A stretch of DNA of 25,824 nucleotides from NCBI GenBank assembly GCA_038209835.1, contig JBBQXH010000001.1, positions 1 to 25,824 on the forward strand. Reading direction: 5' to 3'. Numbering within the stretch: the stretch's first letter is position 1; every line of letters starts with the position of its first letter. The notes under the pieces were generated by a model, which was not told the DNA's origin, did not search any database, and was given only the letters and a program-made list of their open reading frames with translations. The DNA comes from Gaiellales bacterium. Lineage in GTDB: Bacteria; Actinomycetota; Thermoleophilia; Gaiellales; Gaiellaceae. A program made the position numbers and the translations under genes. Positions 15,813 to 24,623 of the stretch are shown here, piece after piece.

Positions 15813-16006
15813 GCGATCTCCGGGATCCCGGCCAGCGCCGCGTCGCCGTACTTCGGCTGTTTGTAGGTATCGAAGATCCGGACGCACTGGTCGGAGCAGA
15901 ACTGCACGGGCCGGCCGAGTCGTTCCGCGCGAATCCCGTCCACCGGGAGCAGCTTCCCGCACGATGCGCACTTGGGCATCTCGTTGACCTCGCGATAGAC
16001 GGTCAT
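15809..16006 (-). CDS. 65-aa TRASH/YHS-like Cys4 metal-binding microprotein
   Basis: CASCG...FCSDQC pattern; ATGA overlap with the hyuB stop and GTGA overlap with the GntR start. Confidence 0.75.
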   Translation of the reverse strand: MTVYREVNEMPKCASCGKLLPVDGIRAERLGRPVQFCSDQCVRIFDTYKQPKYGDAALAGIPEIA

Positions 16007-17811
16007 CGCTGACCCTGCCGCTTCTCGGCTCGAAGCTCGTCCGTCGCGGCACGATCGAGGGCGCCATTCTCTGGATCCACGACGACTCCGTAGACGTCCT
16101 GTGCGACCGCGGTTGTGATCAGCTCGAGCCCGCAGTCCTCCAGAACGAGCTCGGGATCGCGCTCGAGCGGGTCGCCATAGCCACCGCCGGAAGGCGTTAC
16201 GAACAGCATCTCGTCGCCGGTGTTCATCGTGATTCCCGAGAACTTGCCGTAGGACTGAACGCCGAACGCCTCACGGGCCCGGACCCAGTCTGTTTCGCCC
16301 TTTCGCCGGAACGCGATCACCGTATTCGTTCCGTCCTGGCCGCCCTCGAGTCCCCACGCTCGCGCACGATGGCGGTTCGTGTGGGAGGCGATGTTCACGC
16401 CGTCGGTCAGGAAACGGAAGACTCGGCGACTCCCGAACCCTCCCCGATGCCGTCCGTGTCCGACCGCGTACGGCTCGAGCTGGTACTCCATGTTCAGCCA
16501 CGGGTACCTCGTCTCGGCGACTTCGACCGGCGTGTTCGGGCAGTTGCCGTTCTTCACGAACTGGACGTCGTTGCCGTCGTGCTTGTCACGTCCGCCCCAC
16601 CCGACGCCCTCGAGGTGGAGGTGCGCGTAGGCCTCGCTCGTCCGCGGATCCTCACCGCCAAAGCCGATACATCCGCACGTTCCGCCGTCGGCTGCGCTCG
16701 ACTCCTCCGAGAACTGCGAGAACGCGCGAAGGATGATGTCCACGGTCGTCGGATGGGTGTCGGAGTTGCCCCCGACGGTCGACCCCGGGTAGTTCGCGTT
16801 GACGAACGTCCCCGGCTCGGTGACGATCGCGATCGGTCGGTAGCAGCCGTGGTTGTACGGAATCTCGCTCCGGCACATGTGGAGAGCGCCGTTGTACGCG
16901 GCCGACGCGGTCGTTCCGAATGTCTGGTTGGCCGCGCCCATGCACTGGGGGTCAGACCCCGTGAAGTCGACGATCAGCTCGTCGCCACGGATCACCACGG
17001 TCACCTTGATCTTCCACGGCCTGTCGGGCACGACACCGTCGTCCTCGATCAGCCCCTCGGCTTCGTACTCACCGTCCGGCCACGATGCGATCTCTGCGCG
17101 CATCAGGCGCTCTGAGACCAGCTTGATGTCTTCACAGGCCTGCGTGAACGTGGCCGCTCCGTACCGCTGGACGAGTTCGTCGACACGCCGCTCGGCGAGA
17201 TAGAGCGATCCGATCATCGCCTTCATGTCCCCGTACGAGTGCTTCGGGGTCCTGACGTTCGAGATCAGGATACGGAAGATCTCCTCGACCTCCTCGTCCT
17301 CGCGGTAAATCTTGAGCGGAGGGAAGCGGATGCCCTCCTGCCACGTGTTCCGTGTGTCACCGAAGGCCGCGGGAACCATCCCTCCGACATCTGTCATGTG
17401 GGCGATGTTGACGGAGTACGCCAGAATCTCGCCCTCGTGGAAATACGGCTTGATGACGCAGAACTCGGGCAGGTGGGCGTCGCCCCGGTAGGGGTCGTTC
17501 GTGAAGACGACGTCACCGGGATTCAGGTTCTCGGGGCCGATCTCGCCGATCGTGCTCGGAATGAGGTGGACGGTCGAGCCGATCTGAGCCGGGCAGTAGG
17601 GCGCCTGCGCGGCCATCTCGCCCTTGCCGTCGAAGACGAGACACGTGAAGTCGAGCGCCTCGTTGAACATCGGCGAGTAGCTCGTTCGCATCATCGCGAT
17701 CCCCATCTCGCGACAGGTGGTGATCAGGTGGTTACGGATGATCTCGAGCAGGAACGGATCGGTCGCGATCTCCTGGTCGCCCGAGCGGGTCGTGGGTTCG
17801 GCGAGAGACAT
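16003..17811 (-). CDS. Hydantoinase B / oxoprolinase family subunit (metal-binding)
   Basis: DPFLLEII, SPMFNEALDF, NDPYRGDAHLPE, AHMTDVGG, QEG, DFTGSDPQ and TPSGGGYGDP; AAGGAG upstream. Confidence 0.93.
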   Translation of the reverse strand: MSLAEPTTRSGDQEIATDPFLLEIIRNHLITTCREMGIAMMRTSYSPMFNEALDFTCLVFDGKGEMAAQAPYCPAQIGSTVHLIPSTIGEIGPENLNPGDVVFTNDPYRGDAHLPEFCVIKPYFHEGEILAYSVNIAHMTDVGGMVPAAFGDTRNTWQEGIRFPPLKIYREDEEVEEIFRILISNVRTPKHSYGDMKAMIGSLYLAERRVDELVQRYGAATFTQACEDIKLVSERLMRAEIASWPDGEYEAEGLIEDDGVVPDRPWKIKVTVVIRGDELIVDFTGSDPQCMGAANQTFGTTASAAYNGALHMCRSEIPYNHGCYRPIAIVTEPGTFVNANYPGSTVGGNSDTHPTTVDIILRAFSQFSEESSAADGGTCGCIGFGGEDPRTSEAYAHLHLEGVGWGGRDKHDGNDVQFVKNGNCPNTPVEVAETRYPWLNMEYQLEPYAVGHGRHRGGFGSRRVFRFLTDGVNIASHTNRHRARAWGLEGGQDGTNTVIAFRRKGETDWVRAREAFGVQSYGKFSGITMNTGDEMLFVTPSGGGYGDPLERDPELVLEDCGLELITTAVAQDVYGVVVDPENGALDRAATDELRAEKRQGQR

Positions 17812-17820
17812 CGACGCTCC

Positions 17821-19848
17821 TTAGATGGTGACGTGGAGGTTGCCGTAGTCGTCGACACGGGAGCGGCTTCCGGGTGGAAGCAGCGTCGTGGCATCGACCT
17901 GCCCGATGAGCGCGGGCCCTTCGATCAGCGCATCCGCCGGAAGTTCCTCACGGCGATACAGAGGTGTGTCGATCGACTCGTCATCCCCGCTGAAGACAAC
18001 CGGACGCCGAGCGATCGGGTCAGGCATCGACCCGGAAGCCACCCTGGGAAGCTCGAGCTCGTGGCGTGTTCCGAGCGCCGCGAGCTTGAACGTCAGGATC
18101 TCGAGCTCCTCGCCCGGTAGGTGGTAGCCGTAGAAGCGCTCGTGCTCGGCCGCGAAGCGCTCCTCGACGTCAGCGAAGTCGTCGCGCGTCACCGAGCCCG
18201 AGGGCAGCTCGATCGAGAGCTCCCAGTTCTGCCCCACGTATCGGAGGTCGACGGCTCGCCGAACGAGCGGCGCCTCCGCGAACCCCTCAGCCAGGAACTC
18301 GTCCGCGGCTTGGCGCTCGAGCGCCGCGAAGAGCTCGTTCGCCCGATCGACGTCGAGGTACCGCATCCTCATCCAGTAGGTCGTCGCGTAGTCGAAGCGC
18401 GCGTCGGCGAGGAGCGCTCCGAGCGCCGAGAACGCACCCGGATAACGGGGCACCAGCACGGAGGTCATCTGGAGGGCGCGGGCCAGCTCGCAGGCGTGGA
18501 GGGGACCCGCGCCACCGTAGGCGACGAAAGTCGCACCGCGCGGGTCGTAGCCCCGATCCGTCGACACGAGGCGAAGCGCCTGCGCCATGTTGTTGTTCGC
18601 GACGTCGACGATGCCCTGGGCGACGCGCACGCGGTCGAGTCCAAGCGAGCTTGCGAGCGTGTCGACCGCGGTCGCCGCCGCGCCGAAATCAAGCTCGAAA
18701 TCGCCGGCGAGTCGGAACTCCGGCGCGAGCCGGCCGAGGACGGCGTTCGCGTCGGTCACGGTCGGCTGCGTGCCTCCGCGCTTGTAGCAGGCGGGTCCCG
18801 GATCGGCCCGCGCGCTGTCTGGACCCACCCGCAGGATCCCGGCCGCGTCTACGCGAGCGATACTGCCGCCTCCCGCGCCGATCGATCGTGCGTCGACCAT
18901 GGTGAGCGCGATCGGGATCCCCCACTCGAGCTCCTCCCGGTTCGTGAACGTTGGCTCGCCGCCCGGGAGAAGGCATGCTTCGAAGCTCGTGCCGCCCATG
19001 TCCGCGGCGATCAGGTCGCCGATCCCGAGCAGCTTTCCGAGTTGCTGGCAGGCCATGATCCCGCCCGATGGGCCGGAGCGCACGAGCGAGACCGGCTGCT
19101 CGCTCGCTCGCTCGGAGGTCATGACGCCGCCATTAGAGCGCAGAACGAGCACCTGCCGGATCCCTCCGGCTTGGCAGTCGCGCTCGAGGTTGCGCATGTA
19201 GTCGCGCATGAACGGCTTCAGGTACGCGTCGATCACCGTCGTCGACGTACGCTCGTACTCTCGCCAGCGGGGCAGGACATCGGAGGAGAGCGAGATGCGG
19301 GCGTCGGGCCAGACCTCTTGCACGATCTCGGCCGTTCGACGTTCGTGCTCCGGGTTCATGAAGGAGAAGAGGTACGAGACCGCGATCGCTCCGACCTCTC
19401 CCGCGTCCCGAAGCGCGGCGACGCTCTCCCGCACGCGATCCTCGTCGAGCGGAATCAGGACCGTGCCATCCTTGAGCATCCGCTCCGGGATTCCAACGCA
19501 GCGTGACCGCGGGACGAGAGGCTTCGGCTTCACCCAGTGAAGATCGAAGTGATCCGGCCGCACCGTCCGCTGCATGTGCAGGACGTCGCGGAACCCCTCG
19601 GTGATGAGGAGCGCCACCGGCGCACCGCGGCGTTCGATCAGCGCGTTTGTCGCAACCGTCGTGCCGTGGACGAAGTAGTCGATCTGTGAGGTCTCGAGCC
19701 CCGCCCGGCTGAACGAGTCGAAAACGGCGCGCGACGGATCGTGCGCGGTGGACAGCGCTTTCGCCATCCGGAGCTCGCCCGTCTCCTCGTCGTACGCGAC
19801 CAGATCGGTGAACGTCCCTCCGGTGTCGACACCTGCGCGAACCGCCAT
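17821..19848 (-). CDS. Hydantoinase A / oxoprolinase family subunit (ATP-binding)
   Basis: GVDTGGTFTD, HGTTVATNA, SGPSGG, DMGGTS, GAGGGS, PGPACY, TVTDA and YGGAGPLHA. Start ATG 19848 with GGGGAGG upstream; 675 aa. Confidence 0.93.
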   Translation of the reverse strand: MAVRAGVDTGGTFTDLVAYDEETGELRMAKALSTAHDPSRAVFDSFSRAGLETSQIDYFVHGTTVATNALIERRGAPVALLITEGFRDVLHMQRTVRPDHFDLHWVKPKPLVPRSRCVGIPERMLKDGTVLIPLDEDRVRESVAALRDAGEVGAIAVSYLFSFMNPEHERRTAEIVQEVWPDARISLSSDVLPRWREYERTSTTVIDAYLKPFMRDYMRNLERDCQAGGIRQVLVLRSNGGVMTSERASEQPVSLVRSGPSGGIMACQQLGKLLGIGDLIAADMGGTSFEACLLPGGEPTFTNREELEWGIPIALTMVDARSIGAGGGSIARVDAAGILRVGPDSARADPGPACYKRGGTQPTVTDANAVLGRLAPEFRLAGDFELDFGAAATAVDTLASSLGLDRVRVAQGIVDVANNNMAQALRLVSTDRGYDPRGATFVAYGGAGPLHACELARALQMTSVLVPRYPGAFSALGALLADARFDYATTYWMRMRYLDVDRANELFAALERQAADEFLAEGFAEAPLVRRAVDLRYVGQNWELSIELPSGSVTRDDFADVEERFAAEHERFYGYHLPGEELEILTFKLAALGTRHELELPRVASGSMPDPIARRPVVFSGDDESIDTPLYRREELPADALIEGPALIGQVDATTLLPPGSRSRVDDYGNLHVTI

Positions 19849-19868
19849 CCGCCCCTCCCCGGTTTGCC

Positions 19869-19885
19869 TGATCGTCGGACGATCA
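19869..19885. promoter_or_regulatory. Palindromic operator, candidate GntR site
   Basis: Perfect 8-bp inverted repeat TGATCGTC-G-GACGATCA overlapping the -10 box of the hyuA promoter. Confidence 0.65.
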
Positions 19886-19910
19886 TGGCGCGCCGACGGA
19901 ACGACGTCAA
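19882..19910 (-). promoter_or_regulatory. Sigma70-type promoter of the hyuA operon
   Basis: The minus strand has TTGACG (19910-19905), a 17-nt spacer and CATGAT (19887-19882). Confidence 0.65.
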
Positions 19911-19943
19911 GCGGCCTTGCGCGGAGGCTGTCAACATGCCGCG

Positions 19944-20756
19944 ATGACGATCGAGGAGCCGCTGTCGAGCAGCTTGAACGCCGCTCGCGGTGTCGTGCGT
20001 GTCGGTGACACCGTTCGTTCGCCGGCGGGCGAATCATCCTCCGCGATCCGGGCGTTGCTGGACCATCTCGAGGCCGTAGGGTTCGCCGGCGCACCTCGCC
20101 ACCTCGGCCATGACGAGCAGGGCCGGGATGTTCTGACCTTCATCGACGGCAGCGTGCCGCTGCCTCCGTATCCCGCGTGGTCGATGACGGACAGCGCGCT
20201 CATCGAGCTCGCCCACCTGCTGCGGCAATTCCACGCCGCCACGGCGACGTTCGACCTCGAAGCGGTCTCCGGCTGGTCGACCGAGTGGGCCGATCCGCTC
20301 GGCGGCCCAGTGATCTGCCACAACGATCTGTTTCCGGAGAACGTCGTGTTCCGTGACGGTCGGGTCGCCGCCCTGATCGACTTCGACGAGGTCGCGCCGG
20401 GACGTCCGTTCTGGGACGTGGCGATCGCAGCCCACGAATGGGCACCCCTGAAGGCCCCGGCGCCCGGACGGGACTATCGGCCGGAGCTCGATGGTGTCGT
20501 CCGGCTTGGCCTCTTCTCCCGCGCCTACGGCGTGAGGCCGGATCAGGCCGAGGAGCTCTTGAGCATCATCTTCGCCGAGCGGGAGCAGTCGACGGCTCGC
20601 ATCCGCAGCGAGATCGCGGCCGGCGACCCTGTCTGGGCAGACCACTGGTGCGAATCGGGAGGCGACGAGCAGGCGGCTGCCGACGACGCCTGGCTCCAGG
20701 CGAACCGGGACGCGCTCGTGGCCGCAGTCGCCGGGCGTCGACTCGACTGCTATTGA
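19944..20756 (+). CDS. Aminoglycoside phosphotransferase / choline kinase-like (APH) family protein
   Basis: Brenner motif CHNDLFPENVV and IDFD. Start placed at ATG 19944 (MTIEEPL); substrate unknown. Confidence 0.88.
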   Translation: MTIEEPLSSSLNAARGVVRVGDTVRSPAGESSSAIRALLDHLEAVGFAGAPRHLGHDEQGRDVLTFIDGSVPLPPYPAWSMTDSALIELAHLLRQFHAATATFDLEAVSGWSTEWADPLGGPVICHNDLFPENVVFRDGRVAALIDFDEVAPGRPFWDVAIAAHEWAPLKAPAPGRDYRPELDGVVRLGLFSRAYGVRPDQAEELLSIIFAEREQSTARIRSEIAAGDPVWADHWCESGGDEQAAADDAWLQANRDALVAAVAGRRLDCY

Positions 20757-20770
20757 TTGATTACTCCGGT

Positions 20771-21024
20771 TTGATCGACCCGGAGATCGCAGCCGTGCTC
20801 AGGGGCCATCTCGCGTTTCTCTACCGCTACGTCGCCGGCCTCCTCGAGCTGGACGGCACGAGCGACCCCAGGACAAGGCGGTCGGCTTTCCTCGCTCGGG
20901 CCTCATCAACGCCGCGATGGCGATCGGGCAAGAGAGCGAGCTCTCGGCCGAGGAATGGGCCGGAATCTGCGGGCGTACCGACGTGGCGCGAATCGAAGAT
21001 CGGCTCGAGCAGCTGGCGTCCTGA
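20771..21024 (+). pseudogene. Possible frameshifted remnant, resembling a regulator (TetR-like) C-terminal domain
   Basis: LIDPEIAAVLRGHLAFLYRYVAGLL...SAFLAR in one frame continues as GLINAAMAIGQESELSAEEWAGICG...LAS* if one G is added near 20897-20900. No good start and no HTH seen. Confidence 0.35.
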
Positions 21025-21075
21025 GGATTCCCCCTTTTCCAACCTAACGGAGTAATCGATCACAACGGAAGTGTC

Positions 21076-22158
21076 ATGGGGACGAGATCGACCACAGCCA
21101 GCCGTTCCGTTCGCTTCCCGTGGGCGAATATCGCGCTTCTCGTCTTCCTCGTGCTGCAGCTCGTCACGGGCCTGGTGGGCCTACTCGGCAGCTCCGACCC
21201 GTACCGCATCGTCTTCTGGCTCCACGCGATCGGGGCCTATGGGATCGTCACGCTTCTCTTCGCCAAGTCGATGCTCGTCCTCAATGCCCTGCGACGGCGT
21301 CCCGGCGTGACTCGGGCGCGGATCACGCTCTCACTGATGGCCGTGCTTCTGCTGACCATCCTCGTCACGGGCCTGATCTGGATCTCCGCCGGCGACACCA
21401 TCTACGTCTTCAAGTCGAGTCTCTACTGGAGCTTGATCAACGTCCACGCCTACCTCGCGCTCATCTTCTTCGCCTTTCTCGTCTGGCACGTCGTCGACCG
21501 GCGTTGGATCGTCCGAGTCCCGGCTGCGCGTGACCGCGCGGCCTTCCTTCGACTCGCAGCCGTCGCCGCCACTGGCGTCGTGCTCTGGCAGCTCGAACGC
21601 ACTGTGCAGAACCTGCTCGACACGGGAGGCAGCCAGAGACGGTTCACCGGCTCGTACGAGCGAGGGACGAGCTTCACAGACGTCTTCCCGGACGTGAGCT
21701 GGATCAACGACGACCCCGATCCGATCGACGCGGTCTCGTGGCGCCTCGTCGTCGACGGCGAAGTCGCCCGGCCGCTGGAGCTCACCCACGGCGACGTGAC
21801 CGGCCTCTCCGCGGGGCCTCTCGTCGCGGTGCTCGACTGCACGGGCGGTTGGTACACGGAACAGGAGTGGCGTGGGCCGTCGCTCGGCGCCGTGCTCGAG
21901 CTCGCCGGCCCAACGGACAAGGCAGAGAGCGTCCTCGTCGAGTCCGTGACAGGCTATGCGCGCCGGTTCTCGCTCGACACGGCAAAGGGACTGACGCGCG
22001 CGACGCACGTCGCGGACGCCCCACTCTCGCACGGGCACGGGTTCCCCGCCCGACTGATCGTTCCGGGCGAACGTGGCTTCGAGTGGGTGAAGTGGGTCAC
22101 CCGGGTGAGCGTCCTCAACTCGAACGACCTGCTGCAGCTGCCGCTGCCCTTGTCTTAG
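21076..22158 (+). CDS. Sulfite-oxidase-family (MsrP/YedY-like) molybdopterin oxidoreductase with N-terminal cytochrome b-like membrane domain
   Basis: Four hydrophobic helices with His (WLH, NVH, VWH); Moco domain LDCTGGW...HGFPARLIVPG...WVKW. Confidence 0.85.
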   Translation: MGTRSTTASRSVRFPWANIALLVFLVLQLVTGLVGLLGSSDPYRIVFWLHAIGAYGIVTLLFAKSMLVLNALRRRPGVTRARITLSLMAVLLLTILVTGLIWISAGDTIYVFKSSLYWSLINVHAYLALIFFAFLVWHVVDRRWIVRVPAARDRAAFLRLAAVAATGVVLWQLERTVQNLLDTGGSQRRFTGSYERGTSFTDVFPDVSWINDDPDPIDAVSWRLVVDGEVARPLELTHGDVTGLSAGPLVAVLDCTGGWYTEQEWRGPSLGAVLELAGPTDKAESVLVESVTGYARRFSLDTAKGLTRATHVADAPLSHGHGFPARLIVPGERGFEWVKWVTRVSVLNSNDLLQLPLPLS

Positions 22159-22772
22159 CGCTGAAGAGCCAGTGTGTCGACCCGAGCCGAATGCGTCTGC
22201 TCGTACTCCGCGATCTCGGGGTCGTGAAGCAGCGCGCGGCCGATGTCGTCGAGGCCATTCAGCAGGCAGCGTCGCTGGAACGGGTCGAACGGGAACGCGA
22301 GCATCTCCCCGCCGGGTGCCGTGATCGTCAGCTGCTCGAGGTCGACCGTCATCTCCGAGCCGTTCTCGCGGTCGACGAGATCCATGAGCATCTTCACCTG
22401 CTCCGGAGGGAGGACGATCGGCACGAGGCCGACCTTCACGCAGTTCGAGACGAAGATGTCCGCGAACGACGGGGCGATCACGACCTCGAACCCGTAGTCC
22501 TGGAGCGACCAGGGGGCGTGCTCGCGCGAGGAGCCGCAGCCGAAGTTCCGGCCGGCGAGAAGGATCTTCGCGCCCGCGAAGGCCGGGTTGTTCAGCTCGA
22601 ACTCCGGACGCGGGTTGCCGTCCTGGTCGAGACGCCAGTCGTAGAAGAGGTACTCGCCCCAGCCCGTCCGCTCGATGCGCTTGAGGAACTGCTTGGGGAG
22701 GATCTGGTCGGTGTCGACGTCGGCCCGTTCGAGCACCGCCGCGCGGCCCGTCGTGCGAACGAACGGGTTCAT
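22155..22772 (-). CDS. leuD: 3-isopropylmalate dehydratase small subunit
   Basis: [41 protein letters not shown]; ATGA overlap with leuC. Confidence 0.95.
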   Translation of the reverse strand: MNPFVRTTGRAAVLERADVDTDQILPKQFLKRIERTGWGEYLFYDWRLDQDGNPRPEFELNNPAFAGAKILLAGRNFGCGSSREHAPWSLQDYGFEVVIAPSFADIFVSNCVKVGLVPIVLPPEQVKMLMDLVDRENGSEMTVDLEQLTITAPGGEMLAFPFDPFQRRCLLNGLDDIGRALLHDPEIAEYEQTHSARVDTLALQR

Positions 22773-24181
22773 CTCGTCCCGACGAGGTCGAGCTCGCGAG
22801 CATCGACGAAGTGCCCGGCGATCGCAGCGGCCGCAGCCATCTCGGGACTGACGAGATGCGTCCGTCCACCGCGGCCCTGCCGCCCCTCGAAGTTGCGGTT
22901 CGACGTGGACGCACAGCGCTCACCCGGCGCCAGGACATCGGGATTCATCCCGAGGCACATCGAGCAGCCGGCCTCGCGCCATTCGAAACCCGCGTCCTTG
23001 AAGACCCGGTCGAGGCCCTCGGACTCGGCGGCGACCTTGACCTGCGCCGAGCCGGGCACGACGAGCGCCGTGACGCTGTCGGCAACGTGATGCCCGCGGG
23101 CGATCGAGGCGGCAGCGCGTAGATCCTCGATGCGGGAGTTCGTGCACGATCCGATGAAGACGCGATCGATTTGGATGTCGCGGATCGCCGTTCCGGGCTC
23201 GAGCGCCATGTACGCGAGCGCACGCTCGATCGCGTCCTGCTCGTCCGCATCGGCCGCGTCATGAGGATCGGGGACGACGCCGTTCACCGGAACGACCATG
23301 CCCGGGTTCGTCCCCCAGGTGACCTGCGGGACGAGCTGCTCGACGTCGACGACCACTTCGCTGTCGAAGACCGCGTCGTCGTCCGTGCGCAGAACGCGCC
23401 AGCGCTCGGCGGCTGCGTCCCACTCGGCGCCCTTCGGTGCCCCGGGGCGCCCTTCGAGATACGCGAAGGTCTTCTCGTCCGGGGCGATCATTCCGGCCCG
23501 CGCGCCGGCCTCGATCGACATGTTGCAGATCGTCATCCGGTTCTCCATCGAGAAGTCGCGAATGCACTCGCCCGCGTACTCGACGACGTAGCCCTGACCG
23601 CCGGCGACTCCGATCTGGCCAATGGCGGCGAGGATGCAGTCCTTGGCGGTCACGCCCGGCGGCAACGAGCCCTCGAAGGTGATGCGCATCGATTTCGGCT
23701 TGGGCTGCGGCAGGCACTGCGTCGCGAGGACGTGCTCCACCTCGGAGGTGCCGATGCCGAACGCGAGCGCCCCGAATGCGCCGTGAGTCGATGTGTGGCT
23801 GTCTCCGCAGACGATCGTCATGCCGGGCTGCGTGAGCCCGAGCTCGGGGCCGATCACGTGGACGATGCCTTCCCGACCGCTGCCGGTCGCGTAGAGCGGA
23901 ACACCGAACTCGGCACAGTTCGCCGCGAGCGCGTCGAGCTGCGCCTTGGCGAGCGGATCGGTGACCGGCCCGCCGTCCGTCGGGACGTTGTGATCCATGG
24001 TCGCGATCGTGAGATCCGTCCGGCGTACAGGCCGTCCGGCCAGGCGCAGACCGTCGAACGCCTGCGGTGAGGTCACCTCATGGGTCAGGTGCAGATCGAT
24101 GAAGAGCAGCGGTGGCTCACCCGCCTCTTCCCAGACGACGTGCGTCTCCCACACGCGATCGAACAGCGTTTTGGAACTCAT
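22769..24181 (-). CDS. leuC: 3-isopropylmalate dehydratase large subunit
   Basis: [28 protein letters not shown], and three Fe-S Cys (GSCTN, GCSMC). Start ATG 24181 lies 7 nt after TAGATT (24194-24189). Confidence 0.96.
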   Translation of the reverse strand: MSSKTLFDRVWETHVVWEEAGEPPLLFIDLHLTHEVTSPQAFDGLRLAGRPVRRTDLTIATMDHNVPTDGGPVTDPLAKAQLDALAANCAEFGVPLYATGSGREGIVHVIGPELGLTQPGMTIVCGDSHTSTHGAFGALAFGIGTSEVEHVLATQCLPQPKPKSMRITFEGSLPPGVTAKDCILAAIGQIGVAGGQGYVVEYAGECIRDFSMENRMTICNMSIEAGARAGMIAPDEKTFAYLEGRPGAPKGAEWDAAAERWRVLRTDDDAVFDSEVVVDVEQLVPQVTWGTNPGMVVPVNGVVPDPHDAADADEQDAIERALAYMALEPGTAIRDIQIDRVFIGSCTNSRIEDLRAAASIARGHHVADSVTALVVPGSAQVKVAAESEGLDRVFKDAGFEWREAGCSMCLGMNPDVLAPGERCASTSNRNFEGRQGRGGRTHLVSPEMAAAAAIAGHFVDARELDLVGTR

Positions 24182-24202
24182 TGCATGCAATCTACCAGCG
24201 AC

Positions 24203-24622
24203 CTAGAGCGCTTCGGTGACCTGCTCGGCGGCCTGTCGCAACTCGTCGATCTCGCCCGCTGTCCAGTCCCTCGGCGTCGCCGCGTGGTGCACCGAGATGA
24301 TCCCGGCGAGGCGCCCGTCTCGGAGGATCGGCGCGAGCATCTGCGCGCGGACACCGTAGAGGTCGATCAGCTCCTGCGGTGCGACGGGCTCGTCAACCAG
24401 GCAGTCGCGCTGGACGAGCAGCTCGTGCTCGCGGTCGAGGTACTGGAACGTCTTCGCAGCCCGGAGGTCGATCTCAGTCGCATCGCGGATCGAGCGAACA
24501 CCGGGCGCACAGGCCTCGGCGACGACCGGGAAGACCTGCCCTGGCGTGTCGAGGCGGAGCGTCGTTCGACTGGCCTTCGTGGCCGCGAAGAGATCGGCCA
24601 TGGCCACGTCGAAGGTCGACAT
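24203..24622 (-). CDS. Stand-alone GAF domain protein
   Basis: ASRTTLRL...YGVRAQMLAPILRDGRLAGIISVH...PRDWTAGEIDEL GAF pattern. ATG 24622 is 1 nt after the upstream stop; 139 aa. Confidence 0.8.
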   Translation of the reverse strand: MSTFDVAMADLFAATKASRTTLRLDTPGQVFPVVAEACAPGVRSIRDATEIDLRAAKTFQYLDREHELLVQRDCLVDEPVAPQELIDLYGVRAQMLAPILRDGRLAGIISVHHAATPRDWTAGEIDELRQAAEQVTEAL

Positions 24623-24623
24623 G

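Noticed and set aside
19929-19934. Second TTGACA on the minus strand as a promoter -35
   Set aside because: No plausible -10 hexamer 16-18 nt downstream.
14374-20094. Track N-terminal extensions of SDR (to 15453), GntR (to 16067) and HyuA (to 20094)
   Set aside because: They run over upstream genes or the promoter; GTGA overlaps and a Shine-Dalgarno define starts at 15138, 15812 and 19848.
19944-20756. Aminoglycoside resistance gene
   Set aside because: APH-fold motifs alone do not specify an antibiotic substrate, and there is no mobile or resistance context.
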